A stretch of DNA of 64,000 nt from Trichoplax adhaerens (taxonomy: Eukaryota > Animalia > Placozoa): positions 604,978-668,977 of the forward strand of contig NW_002060953.1 of assembly GCF_000150275.1 (NCBI RefSeq), written 5' to 3'. The notes below the pieces were generated by a model that was not told the origin of the DNA, did not search any database, and worked only from the letters and a program-made list of their open reading frames with translations. Made by a program: the position numbers and the translations under genes. Numbering within the stretch: position 1 is the first letter of the stretch; each line of letters opens with the position of its first letter. Of this stretch, positions 1-11,200 are shown in pieces.

Positions 1-1606
1 GAACAGTCAAAGTGGCAATCTTGTTATTGATTTGCCGCTTTATTATTTTGATTGATGGTTGGTACAGTTTGCTTTTTAATTATGGGTATCAAGGGGTAGT
101 AGGATCCATTTATTCGTGGGAGTTTTGATGGAAAACAATAAAAAGCATCCGGTAAGAAGAATAGACGTTTTCAACATGGCGCTACAACATGTCAACATTG
201 TAAGTGGTTAACGATGCATTTTCTAGGTATGGAGAGAATAGAAGCATGCTTGGATTCTGTAGGTATCCAATTTGAATCTGGAAGGACAATGGTAATATAA
301 AATGGTAAACTAAAATGGTTTGATGCCTATTCAATATCCAGGAAAGAGTACTATCCTAATCCTAATATTATTTTAGTGGATAATCTTTCTCCAATGCACT
401 AAATCAGAAAGGAGCATAGTTGAAATAAGTGACATATTTTTTTTTTTGGGGGGGGGGGTTGTAAGTGATTGCAGCATGGTGTCCAAAGGCCATCGTTTGC
501 AAGGCTTAGCTTCAAACAATTTAGGATGCTCTTTACTGGCAAGTGGAAATGATTTATTCAATACAATATGATTCAATTTTGACAAGAAATGGAGACCATG
601 AACAAATGATTACCTTAAAAGGATTGTTCTTTTATTTGCATAAAGTCTGACCTGGATGTTTAAATAGTTTGATCAATCAAGGGTGGTCATGATTGCCTTA
701 TTTATGAGATGGAATGATATCCAATCTTATTGGACCTTACTCCATGGCAACATCTGAACAGGCCATGAATCCCCTTTTAAACATGTCTTGGTATACAGGA
801 TAACCAAGAAAAGACGAAAGAAAAGGAACAAGATTGAATTTGTTCCTAGCCATGTTTCATTATCCAGCTATTCTATGCTGTATTCTATCCATTCATATTG
901 GCTGTTTGAAAGGAAAAAGAAGCGAAAAAAAACAACACTCTATGTTATGTACACAAGTTCATGACGTAGTTTGTATGGCATTAGCTTGATACAATCCGTG
1001 TTTTTCCTGTTGAGCATCTTCTCCATCGTTGTGATTACCAGTAGTAGGGATAGAATTTCCCTACAGCTTGGTATGATAGCCTACTTGATGATGACTTGAA
1101 GATTTGCGGGGCAGTTTTTCGTATCATGGCGGACTCGAATGGTTTCCCTAACATGTAGGAAAAGATGGCATTGAGCGATCTCAACATACGGTAAGGAATG
1201 GATGTGATGCAAAGGGGGGCAAGCACATCCGTTCCTTGTTGAATGATGATCTATCCGCATGATTGGAATAACATGCTTTCGTTATTATAGCTATAAATAG
1301 ACGAGATAGAAGAGTAGAAAGGATAATGAGTTCGGCTGCTTTCTATCTTTTGGTATACCATTAAAAATAACATGGCACAGCCATTGTAACCTCGGTGATG
1401 GTATGCAATTGTACCCTTTCAACCGGTAGTTATAGAATCTATTTTAGTCATATCCTAACTGTTGCTTTGAACCATTCCTATAGTCTAAAAAGAATTATAT
1501 TTAAAGAGTAATATAACATGAATCAGTCACTGTTCTACTACATTGATTTCCGACAAGAATGGAAAGAATTTGTGCTATGCAAGAGTATTTCATAGTGGAG
1601 GGAGCA

Positions 1607-1696
1607 AATATCCTTCTTAAATGGAGTTATGCTGAGATAATATCCTTCTTAAATGGAGTTATGCTGAGATAATATCCTTCTTAAATGGACTTATGA
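1607..1696. repeat. 32-bp tandem repeat, ~2.8 copies
   Basis: Unit AATATCCTTCTTAAATGGAGTTATGCTGAGAT starts at 1607, 1639 and 1671. Confidence 0.9.
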
Positions 1697-1734
1697 TAGA
1701 CAGAATTTAATCTGGAATGTTGTATTTTACCAAA

Positions 1735-2430
1735 TTGTTGAGAAAGAGAATGAGTCGTGATCTACAAGATTTCATATCCAATGTTGTATCTTATTTGGGT
1801 CAGGATAGTAATTATTTAAGAAGTATAAGAATGAAAGTCGCCATGAAAAGGATTAGCTATCTCATCTTGTATCTTATTTTGATCATAATAGCAAAGAGTT
1901 GAGAAAAAGAATGAGACGTGATGGACCAGATTTCATATCCAATGTTGTATCTTATTTGGGTCAAGATAGCAAATAGTTAAGCAAGAGAATGAGTCGCCTA
2001 AAGAGGATTCGCTATCTCATGTTGCATCTTATTTTGATCATAATAGCAAAGAGTTGAGGAAAGAATGAAAGTCGCCATGAACGTGATTTAATTTACCATG
2101 TTGTATCTCATATTGGTCGTGAGGGTAAATTATTAATCCATCATGATCCAAAAAGAATGGTCCGTAAGGAAGAGGATTAGCCATCTCATGTTGTATCTTA
2201 TTTTGATCATAATAGCAAAGAGTTGAGAAAAAGAATGAAAAGTCGCCACGGATGTGATTTTAATTTACCCTGTTGTATCTCATATTGGTCGTGATGGTAA
2301 ATTGTTAATCCACCATGATGCAGAAAGAATAGTCCGTAAGGAAGAGGATTAGCTATCTCATGTTGTGTCTCATTTTGATCATAAAAGCAAAGAGTTGAGA
2401 TAAAAATGAGTTGTCATGGACGTGATGATC
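1735..2430. repeat. Diverged ~80-90 bp monomer array with dimeric (~160-170 bp) higher-order structure
   Basis: The core (a)tgttgtatct(t/c)at recurs near 1781, 1865, 1942, 2018, 2098, 2188, 2270 and 2360. Every second monomer ends in ttttgatcataatagcaaagagttgag. Confidence 0.8.
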
Positions 2431-2549
2431 AATTATTTTAGATCATGATTCAAATCATGATCTAAAATGGACAAAATAGAATAGAGTCCATCTTTGATCA
2501 CTGTTGCTATTCTCAGTAGGTTGACTCTATTTCTCAGATGCTAAAAAAT

Positions 2550-5500
2550 TGGAAGGAAACGCTACTAGGAAGGATATAACGATGTTGATATTCTTCTTTG
2601 CATGATTTTATAAGATACAGCGCGTGGATTGATTTCCTCTCATCTTGATTGATCCAAGCTTGAAAATAATAGGATTCAATGGAATTGATTTATCCGCAAG
2701 CCATGCTTACTATCAAGACATCGATCAAGATACAAGCTATACGGTTCTAAATGATAGATCATTGAAATGAATAATAAACTAGCACTATCTGCTAATGGGT
2801 ATTTCACGCAACTCACATAAGGAGTAGAAAAGTCAATAACAGGCCAGCAAAAAGGCTAATAGGTATTTCACGCCACACTTGCAATAGGTAGAAAANNNNN
2901 NNNNNNNNNNNNNNNNNNNNNNNNNNNNNNNNNNNNNNNNNNNNNNNNNNNNNNNNNNNNNNNNNNNNNNNNNNNNNNNNNNNNNNNNNNNNNNNNNNNN
3001 NNNNNNNNNNNNNNNNNNNNNNNNNNNNNNNNNNNNNNNNNNNNNNNNNNNNNNNNNNNNNNNNNNNNNNNNNNNNNNNNNNNNNNNNNNNNNNNNNNNN
3101 NNNNNNNNNNNNNNNNNNNNNNNNNNNNNNNNNNNNNNNNNNNNNNNNNNNNNNNNNNNNNNNNNNNNNNNNNNNNNNNNNNNNNNNNNNNNNNNNNNNN
3201 NNNNNNNNNNNNNNNNNNNNNNNNNNNNNNNNNNNNNNNNNNNNNNNNNNNNNNNNNNNNNNNNNNNNNNNNNNNNNNNNNNNNNNNNNNNNNNNNNNNN
3301 NNNNNNNNNNNNNNNNNNNNNNNNNNNNNNNNNNNNNNNNNNNNNNNNNNNNNNNNNNNCTGAATCATGGACAAGTAAGACTAACGAATAGGTATTTGAC
3401 ATAACATTGGTAAGGGGTAGAAAAAATTGAAAATACAAGTAAATTAAGGTTACAATCCCTATCAAAACATAAGATAGTTGTCTAAAAATGGATTCATTCC
3501 TTGGGATAGCTTGATTGAACTAAATGATGGACTAGCAATACTGACGAATGGGTATTTGACACAACATTCGTAAGGGGTAGGAAAATTCAAAATTCAATAT
3601 CAAGTTGATCGATGCTTCTAAACTGTCGGGAATTGGAAATTGTAGTTAGTGATTTTGGGGATTCCACTGCATCATGGATTGGTAATACTTGCTATCAAGA
3701 TAGAAGTTATATTGGTATCAATTTATGCATCCCTGGAATTATTCTAATGCAACTGAATAACGGACTAGCATAATTTGCTAGCAGACATTTCCTACTACGT
3801 AGGGGAGAGGTAGGAAAATAAATTGCCAATAGTTTAAAAGTAGACTTTGTCGAGATAGCAAATCAAGATACAAGCTATTCGCGCACCAACTCATTCCTTG
3901 TCATCGACGTTATCCCTTGAAATAGTTTAATTGAACTCAATCTTGAACTAGTACCATGCACCCATGGGTATTTTACCTTGCAATACTTGGAAGAAGTAGA
4001 GGAAAAAATTGCAAATAGTTTAAAATGAGGGTTATGACCCATCAGGATAGAAGATATTTGCGCATCCAATTGATTTCCTTTCGCCTAGATATCCGTTGAG
4101 ATACTTTCATTTAACTCAATTATAGAGTAGCCGTATTTACTGGCATATCACACAACAGTGAGAAGGAATAGGCGAAAAGTTGAAAATATTGGTAGATTAA
4201 AATTAAGGATACCCTTGCCAGGATATCAAGTCAAAATAGAAGATATACGGGTATAAATTGATTTCCTCTCATTCATGCTATCCCTTAAAATAGTTGAATA
4301 TTCTTGAATGATAGACTTGGATTAGTAGCGCATGAATAGTTTGCATGAGGCAGGCAAGAAGAAGGAAACGAATTTTAAAATAGATTGGAGATTGACAAGT
4401 ATCAATTTATTTTCCTTTTATCTACTCATATGTTATCCCTTGAACTATTTGAATTTGAACTTCATGATGGACTAGCACTATTGATTCATTGCTACTCTAC
4501 TCCACACAAGACCGGAAAGGAGATGGAAGGTAAATTTTAAAGTAGATTTAAAGTAAGGTCGATACACATAAATATATTTTCCTTGTCGTCTACTTATAGG
4601 TTATCCCCTTCAACTATTTGAATTTGAACTTCATGATAGACTAGTACTATTGATTCATTGCTACTCTACTCCACACAAGCGCGGAAAATAAATTTAAAAT
4701 AGATTTAAAATAAGATCGACATATATTTTCCTTGTCATCTACTTGTATGTTATCCCCTTGAAGTATTTGAACTCCATCATAGATTAGCACTATTGATTCA
4801 TTGCTACTCTACTCCACACAAGACCGGGAAGGAGAATAAATTTTAAAATAGATTGGAAATAAGATCGACATGTATCCATTTATTTGCCTTGTATGCTATC
4901 CCCATGAACGACTTTAATTTTAACTGTATAATAGATTAGCATTATTGACTCTTTGCTCCTGCATTTCATGCAAAACTGGGAAGGAGAAAGGAGACAAATT
5001 TTAAAATACATTCAAAATAAGGTTATCCTCGATCGTGATCTAAGATCGACATGTAGACACTTTATTTTCCTTTCATCTTCTCGTAGGTTATCCCCTTCCA
5101 CTCAATTATAGACTTGCACTATTTACAGCGTATAGGCTATTCGCCGAACGATAGACTCATTGCAATTTTGCGCAGATTGGGAAGAAGGAAAACAATTTTA
5201 GAAATCGCGTAGGTCGAAAAGAATGTCATCATCGATTACGATAAATAAGATGGATACTTTCAATTCATTTTCCTCTCTTTAATGTGATCCCCCCTTGCTC
5301 TATTTCCATATTGCTGAATGTTAGATTTGCAATATTGACTGTGCATAGACAATTATCCAAACGATTGACTCGTTGCAATTTCGCACAAGACTGCGAACAA
5401 GAAGGAAAACAATTTTAAAAATGGATAGAAGAAAGATCCTTCCTAGATCAAGCTATACTATCAGATGGACACATCTATGTGTCGATTTATTCTCCTCGGA

Positions 5501-6460
5501 TCGATGTTATCCCCTTGAACGGGTAGAATGCTACTAAATTAGAGACTGGCATGATAAACTCATTCCTCCATCATACCATACTGGAAAGGAATAGCAAAAA
5601 TAGTGAAACCAAATTAGAAAAGGATAATCATGTATAGGGATCCAAGTCTACGATTATCCATTCATTTCTTCTCTCCAGGATGCTATCCTTGTTGAAGGAG
5701 TTGAAATCGACTCCATGCAATCAACTAGCAATTGAAGAAAGATCCTTCGTTAATCAGATGGACACGTCTATGTGTCGATTTATTTTCCTCGGATCGATGT
5801 TATCCCCTTGAACGGGTAGAATGCTACTAAATTAGAGACTGGCATGATAAACTCATTCCTCCATCATACCATACTGGAAAGGAATAGCAAAAATAGTGAA
5901 ACCAAATTAGAAAAGGATAATCATGTATAGGGATCCAAGTCTACGATTATCCATTGATTTTCTCTCTCCAGGATGCTATCCTTGTTGAAGGAGTTGAAAT
6001 CGACTCCTTGCAATCAACTAGCTCTATTGACTGCATATGGGCAATTAATTGGCTAAATGATTGCCTTATTGCTATATCATACCAACCATGGGTAGGAATG
6101 GGAATGGATTGAAAGAATTCTACTGATGTAGGATATCCAGTCAAGATCGATGGGGTAGAAATTGAATTTTCCTCCCCTTCCTGTTATCCCTACAACGAGT
6201 TGAATTGTAGCAAATGATCGACTAGCAGCCTTGGCAGCGTCTAAGCAATATTCTTCACTATTGACTTATTGCTATTTGACACAAGCCTGGCAAGGAGTAG
6301 AAAAATCAATGATGCACGATAGTGATCTTGTGTCAAGATACAGTAGAGGAAGCATTGCATTGCTGTCCTACATTCCATCATGCTATCGCTTGGTCTATTT
6401 TGAATTGACCAACATGAATGAGCCATCTCGCAATAGGAATAGAAAGGATTACCAAGGAGA
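2550..6460. repeat. Long degenerate satellite-like array of ~150-200 bp units, including a recent ~294-bp direct duplication
   Basis: The landmarks g(t/c)tatccc(c)ttgaa, gactagcactat and aagatcgac recur (near 3910, 4279, 4432, 4600, 4749, 4896, 5087, 5507, 5799, 6184). 5460-5730 is nearly identical to 5754-6025. Interrupted by an N-gap. Confidence 0.75.
2896..3359. other. Assembly gap (N run)
   Basis: Run of n characters. Confidence 1.
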
Positions 6461-6490
6461 TTGAAATTCTGCCCTATAGGATGAAAAGGT

Positions 6491-7060
6491 AGGATGGAAT
6501 TGTTGAATAGGAGAGTAGAATGGAGAATTAGAAGAAGAAGATGGCATGGATTGCATTTCCATGTCCATTGAGGACATGGAAATGATGCCCACAGGATGGA
6601 ATTGTTGAATAGGAGAGTAGAATGGAGAATTAGAAGATGGCATGGATTGCATTTCCATGTCCTCAATGGACATGGAAATGATGCCAACAGGATGGAATTG
6701 GTGAATAGGAGAGTAGAATGGAGAATTAGAAGATGGCATGGATTGCATTTCAATGTCCTCAATGGACATGGAAATGATGCCAACAGGATGGAATTGGTGA
6801 ATAGGAGAGTAGAATGGAGAATTAGAAGATGGCATGGATTGCATTTCAATGTCCTCAATGGACATGGAAATGATGCCAACAGGATGGAATTGGTGAATAG
6901 GAGAGTAGAATGGAGAAGAAGAAGAGTGCGATGGCATGGATTGTATTTCAATGTCCTCAATGGACATGGAAATGATGCCAACAGGATGAAATTGTTGAAT
7001 AGAAGAGTAGAATGAAGAAGAAGAAGAAGAAGACGGCATGGATTGGATACGTGTCCATTT
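6491..7060. repeat. 96-bp tandem repeat, ~6 copies (two units of 102 bp)
   Basis: AGGATG(G/A)AATT starts at 6491, 6593, 6689, 6785, 6881 and 6983. This array produces the repetitive ORFs 6241-7161, 6449-7165 and 6596-7015. Confidence 0.95.
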
Positions 7061-7626
7061 TGGGAGATTGTTGTTGCCCATGACAGAGTCGATTGGAAAT
7101 AGGCAAGACAAGACAAGAAGATCAATATAAGTAAAGAGGAGCCATCCAAAATAGAAGACAATCATGCAGGATGATGGGGATAATCAAGAGTATTATCCTA
7201 TTATGGTCGTTAAAAAGTAGAATAGAGAAGGAATGCTAAATTGAATCGATTACTTTCTATGCTTGTATACTGCATTCTTCTATGTTTGGTTGGTTATGAA
7301 AATACGATAGCATGGAATTGTTGATTTAATTGGATTGAAGAAAGAGAAATACAATCATGGATGGTTGAAAAGGATGATGGAGAAGAATACTGTCGCAATG
7401 GAATCCAATTCTATGCCGTTGCCTATGGCATCATCGTCTTGCTAAGGCGGCCTTGAAACGATTTGAGTTTGAATAATATTCAATAAGGCAATTAGGATAA
7501 CAATGAAAAGTATTTGGCTATCCAAGAAGAAAATATTGTTGCATCAAATAACAAAACCACCATTTCATTCAAGACCAAGCTTTCTTTACCTTGATGATTG
7601 GATTGCATCATGAATATTCATCATTG

Positions 7627-7956
7627 NNNNNNNNNNNNNNNNNNNNNNNNNNNNNNNNNNNNNNNNNNNNNNNNNNNNNNNNNNNNNNNNNNNNNNNNNN
7701 NNNNNNNNNNNNNNNNNNNNNNNNNNNNNNNNNNNNNNNNNNNNNNNNNNNNNNNNNNNNNNNNNNNNNNNNNNNNNNNNNNNNNNNNNNNNNNNNNNNN
7801 NNNNNNNNNNNNNNNNNNNNNNNNNNNNNNNNNNNNNNNNNNNNNNNNNNNNNNNNNNNNNNNNNNNNNNNNNNNNNNNNNNNNNNNNNNNNNNNNNNNN
7901 NNNNNNNNNNNNNNNNNNNNNNNNNNNNNNNNNNNNNNNNNNNNNNNNNNNNNNNN
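7627..7956. other. Assembly gap (N run)
   Basis: Run of n characters. Confidence 1.
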
Positions 7957-8288
7957 TGTTGGCTATTCATTTTTATTTTTGCCTTGCATAGCAATCAGTC
8001 CAACTCATTTTTGGCCCTGATATCAAGCTGTTGCCGTTATCCTCCTAATCGATCAGAATACCGTTTAGCTAATATTTTTCTCTCCTCTCTCCAAGCCCCT
8101 TTTCCTTTCTACCACTTGTCGCTTACTTTGTATTTTGAACGTAGTTGTAGCCATTGCTACGGTGTTTGTTATGGTCAATAAATGGTTTAAGGATGCCTTA
8201 CGGGATCGATTCGATCAATCCAACAAGCAATAAGGATTCATTTTTTGCCAATCCATTCCAACAGCCGGCCACCATCGATCACGGGAAC

Positions 8289-11200
8289 ATGGATACAAGC
8301 GATGATTTAATGATGGCCATTCAGCAAGATGTAAGTCGATGCAAATGTGTTTTTCTTTTTTGGGGGGGGGGGTTTCGCCATTTTCTCTCTCTCTCTTTCT
8401 TATTCCTTCATTTTCTTGAATTGTTCATCCTCTCCAAGTATATTGTTAACAAGGTGAAGGTCAAGAAGAAACTCTCTCCTTGACCTTCTTCTTCTTCATA
8501 CAATGATTAAGAAAACATCATGCCATGGATGGAGTGTATAGGACGCTTTTTCTCATCATGTATTGGATGCCATCATTTTCTCACTTTTTTCCCCCCTTCC
8601 TTTTATGGCCAGTTTCTTGTATAAAGAGAGAAAGTCTTTTGATCCATCTATTTCGATCTCCACCATTATTGATTGAATCTTGTTCTTCATATTATGTCGC
8701 TCTTGCAGGAAGCCCAATTTGAGCAATTAAAGCGAAAATTAGAAAGCGATAGAAAAGATGTTGCCGATCAACTGGAAAAGGTAAGATTCGCCATCTAGAA
8801 TAGATCTCTCTTTGCTTTCTTTATCCATCATTCTTTCCATTTCAAGCATGTCTATCCTTTCTTCATCATTATCACGAGATCCTTTAACCTACTTTTCATC
8901 TATTTCATTTTATTGTTGTCATGGCTGTCATTTCTATTATCCATCGTCTACTTTCCCTGATGACCATTGGACAAAGTATGTTGTTATTTTTTTTCCCCCT
9001 CTCCATCGTTACAGTTAGCCTTGAATTTTTTGTTGGGGGGGATTTTAATCTTGCGAATTCAAACAGCCGGTAGTACTACCTCCATCTCCGGCTAATCCTA
9101 TCCTCATCGATTGATCGTATCCAAGCAGTTTCTAGATCGTTTTTCATTAAAAAGTGTTTATCGATTTTACTTGTTGAAGAGCTTGAATCCACCGATCCAA
9201 TTGGCGTGGAAACACTTGCATCTTGTTTTCAAAATAGCAGTCAAATTGATGTAGTTTTAGTCCATGGCAAATAGCTTGCACCTTTTCTCTCTTGATTGCC
9301 TCTAGCGTAAGACAATCACCGATAATCCTAATACAGCAACAGTCCATGTTTTCCCTTTTTAAACAGACGATTTTCAAAGGTATTTTTGCTTGCTGCTATA
9401 ATACATGGTGATTGATCCATGCATGGATTGTTGTTGAGTGGTTGGAAAGATTGGCATCGTTGTCAGGGATGGATATCGAGGACCATATTGCAATCAAGAA
9501 AGGACAATCTTGATGGAATAATATGGTTCTGGTAGTAGAGGCAAGAAATCTCTTTTCTTCCTCTTGTTATTTCCTTTTTGTATCGGCTTTATCGATCTTT
9601 TTTTCCCCCTATTCCTTGACGATCGATCCTAGGCAAGCTTAGAGAGTCTATCCAATAGTTTATTTATTTCTTGTCGTCTCTCTACGTCCAAAGTAAATCA
9701 ACCATCGGGCTCATTCGCTTAGCAAGTAACCTAACCTTGTCGATATCCAGGCAAGATACTTGCAACGACGCTAGTTGTTAGTCATCAAAGTGCTTTGACA
9801 ACTGCTTCCGTATTCCATTTTCTTGTGAACTCCTTCTTACTAAGCCCTTCCATCCTCCTGTAATGGTTGAATTTTTGTTGACAGCATGTCTGTAAAAATG
9901 ATGCTATCGCCATGAGGAAGGAATCGCCTCCATGAACGCATATTCTTATTTGAATTCAATCTTGATATCATTGGATATAGAAGAATGCTGTCAAAGATGC
10001 ATTTTGCACTCGTTTGCATTTCAATGGCGGTAGAATTTAGGTGCCTTCAAAGTGTTGCAATAGCTGGTTTAGTTTCTACTTTCATTTTAGCCTTGTTGGT
10101 TAGTTGATTCTAGTGGTGATGATGGGATAAGTTACGACATCTAGCCAGCAAAATTCTTTGAAGAACCGATCGGTATTTCGCGAATGCTTTCATTGCGATT
10201 TTATTCATACCTCAATGGATGATTTGCATTCAACAGCCATGACAATAATTGCAATTGCTTACCCCCTACCGGTATTCCAAAGGTTCTCCTTTGCATTTCT
10301 TATTGCCATCCGTAGGATAATTGCATTATTCAAAAGTGGGCAGAATAATTAAAAAGTATTTTCGGCTTCTCCCCATGGCGTGATATTATTCAAATTGAGT
10401 TTATATTCCATTTCCATTAGCTTTGCATGAGTTTTTATGACCGTCCATACAATCGATCATGATACACCGCCAAAAATCCATCGAATAATTTCATTTTGCC
10501 TACCGCAATTTAGCGATGGCTTTGGTTGGGATTTTCTTTATTGCCCCTTGATGGAGAATTGCATGATTAAAATGAGGAAAAATAGTGAGAAAAGACTGTA
10601 GTTGCCATTGCTTTCATTGGCGGTGTTAGCATGGGTAGAATTTGCTTTAGATGATGTTTGCATTTGCAACTGCAAAGATCAATAGCTAATGACACTCAAC
10701 AGTCCGTAGCCTAATTTGATTTGCTTACTGCTATTTTACGCTGGTTTTTATTTGGATTTTCTTATTTGCCGTCAGTGGATACTTTGAAGATGAAAGCTAC
10801 TAGAGTAGTTTGAAGCAATGTAGAGCCATTGCTTTAGTTTAGAGATTTATCCTTGGTGTAATGGATATCGTGATTGAATTGGATTGAGTTTGAATTTTCT
10901 GATTGCCGTCGATGGATGATGATGCTGTTTGATCATCGTTTCAAACTGCTTCTATAGCCGTTTGAATTTTCTGATTGCCGTCGATGGATGATGATGCTGT
11001 TTGATCATCGTTTCAAACTGCTTCTTTAGCCATTCGTTCTATCCAAGTTTGAATTTTCTGATTGCCGTCGATAGATGATGATCCTGTTTGATCATCGTTT
11101 CAAACTGCTTCTTTAGCCATTCGTTCTATCCAAGTTTGAATTTTCTGATTGCCGTCGATAGATGATGATCATGCTTGATCATCGTTTCAAACTGCTTCTT

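Noticed and set aside
2833-3465. ORFs spanning N-gaps (also 7591-8181 and the N-terminus of 51449-62092)
   Set aside because: They are open only because N runs contain no stop codons.
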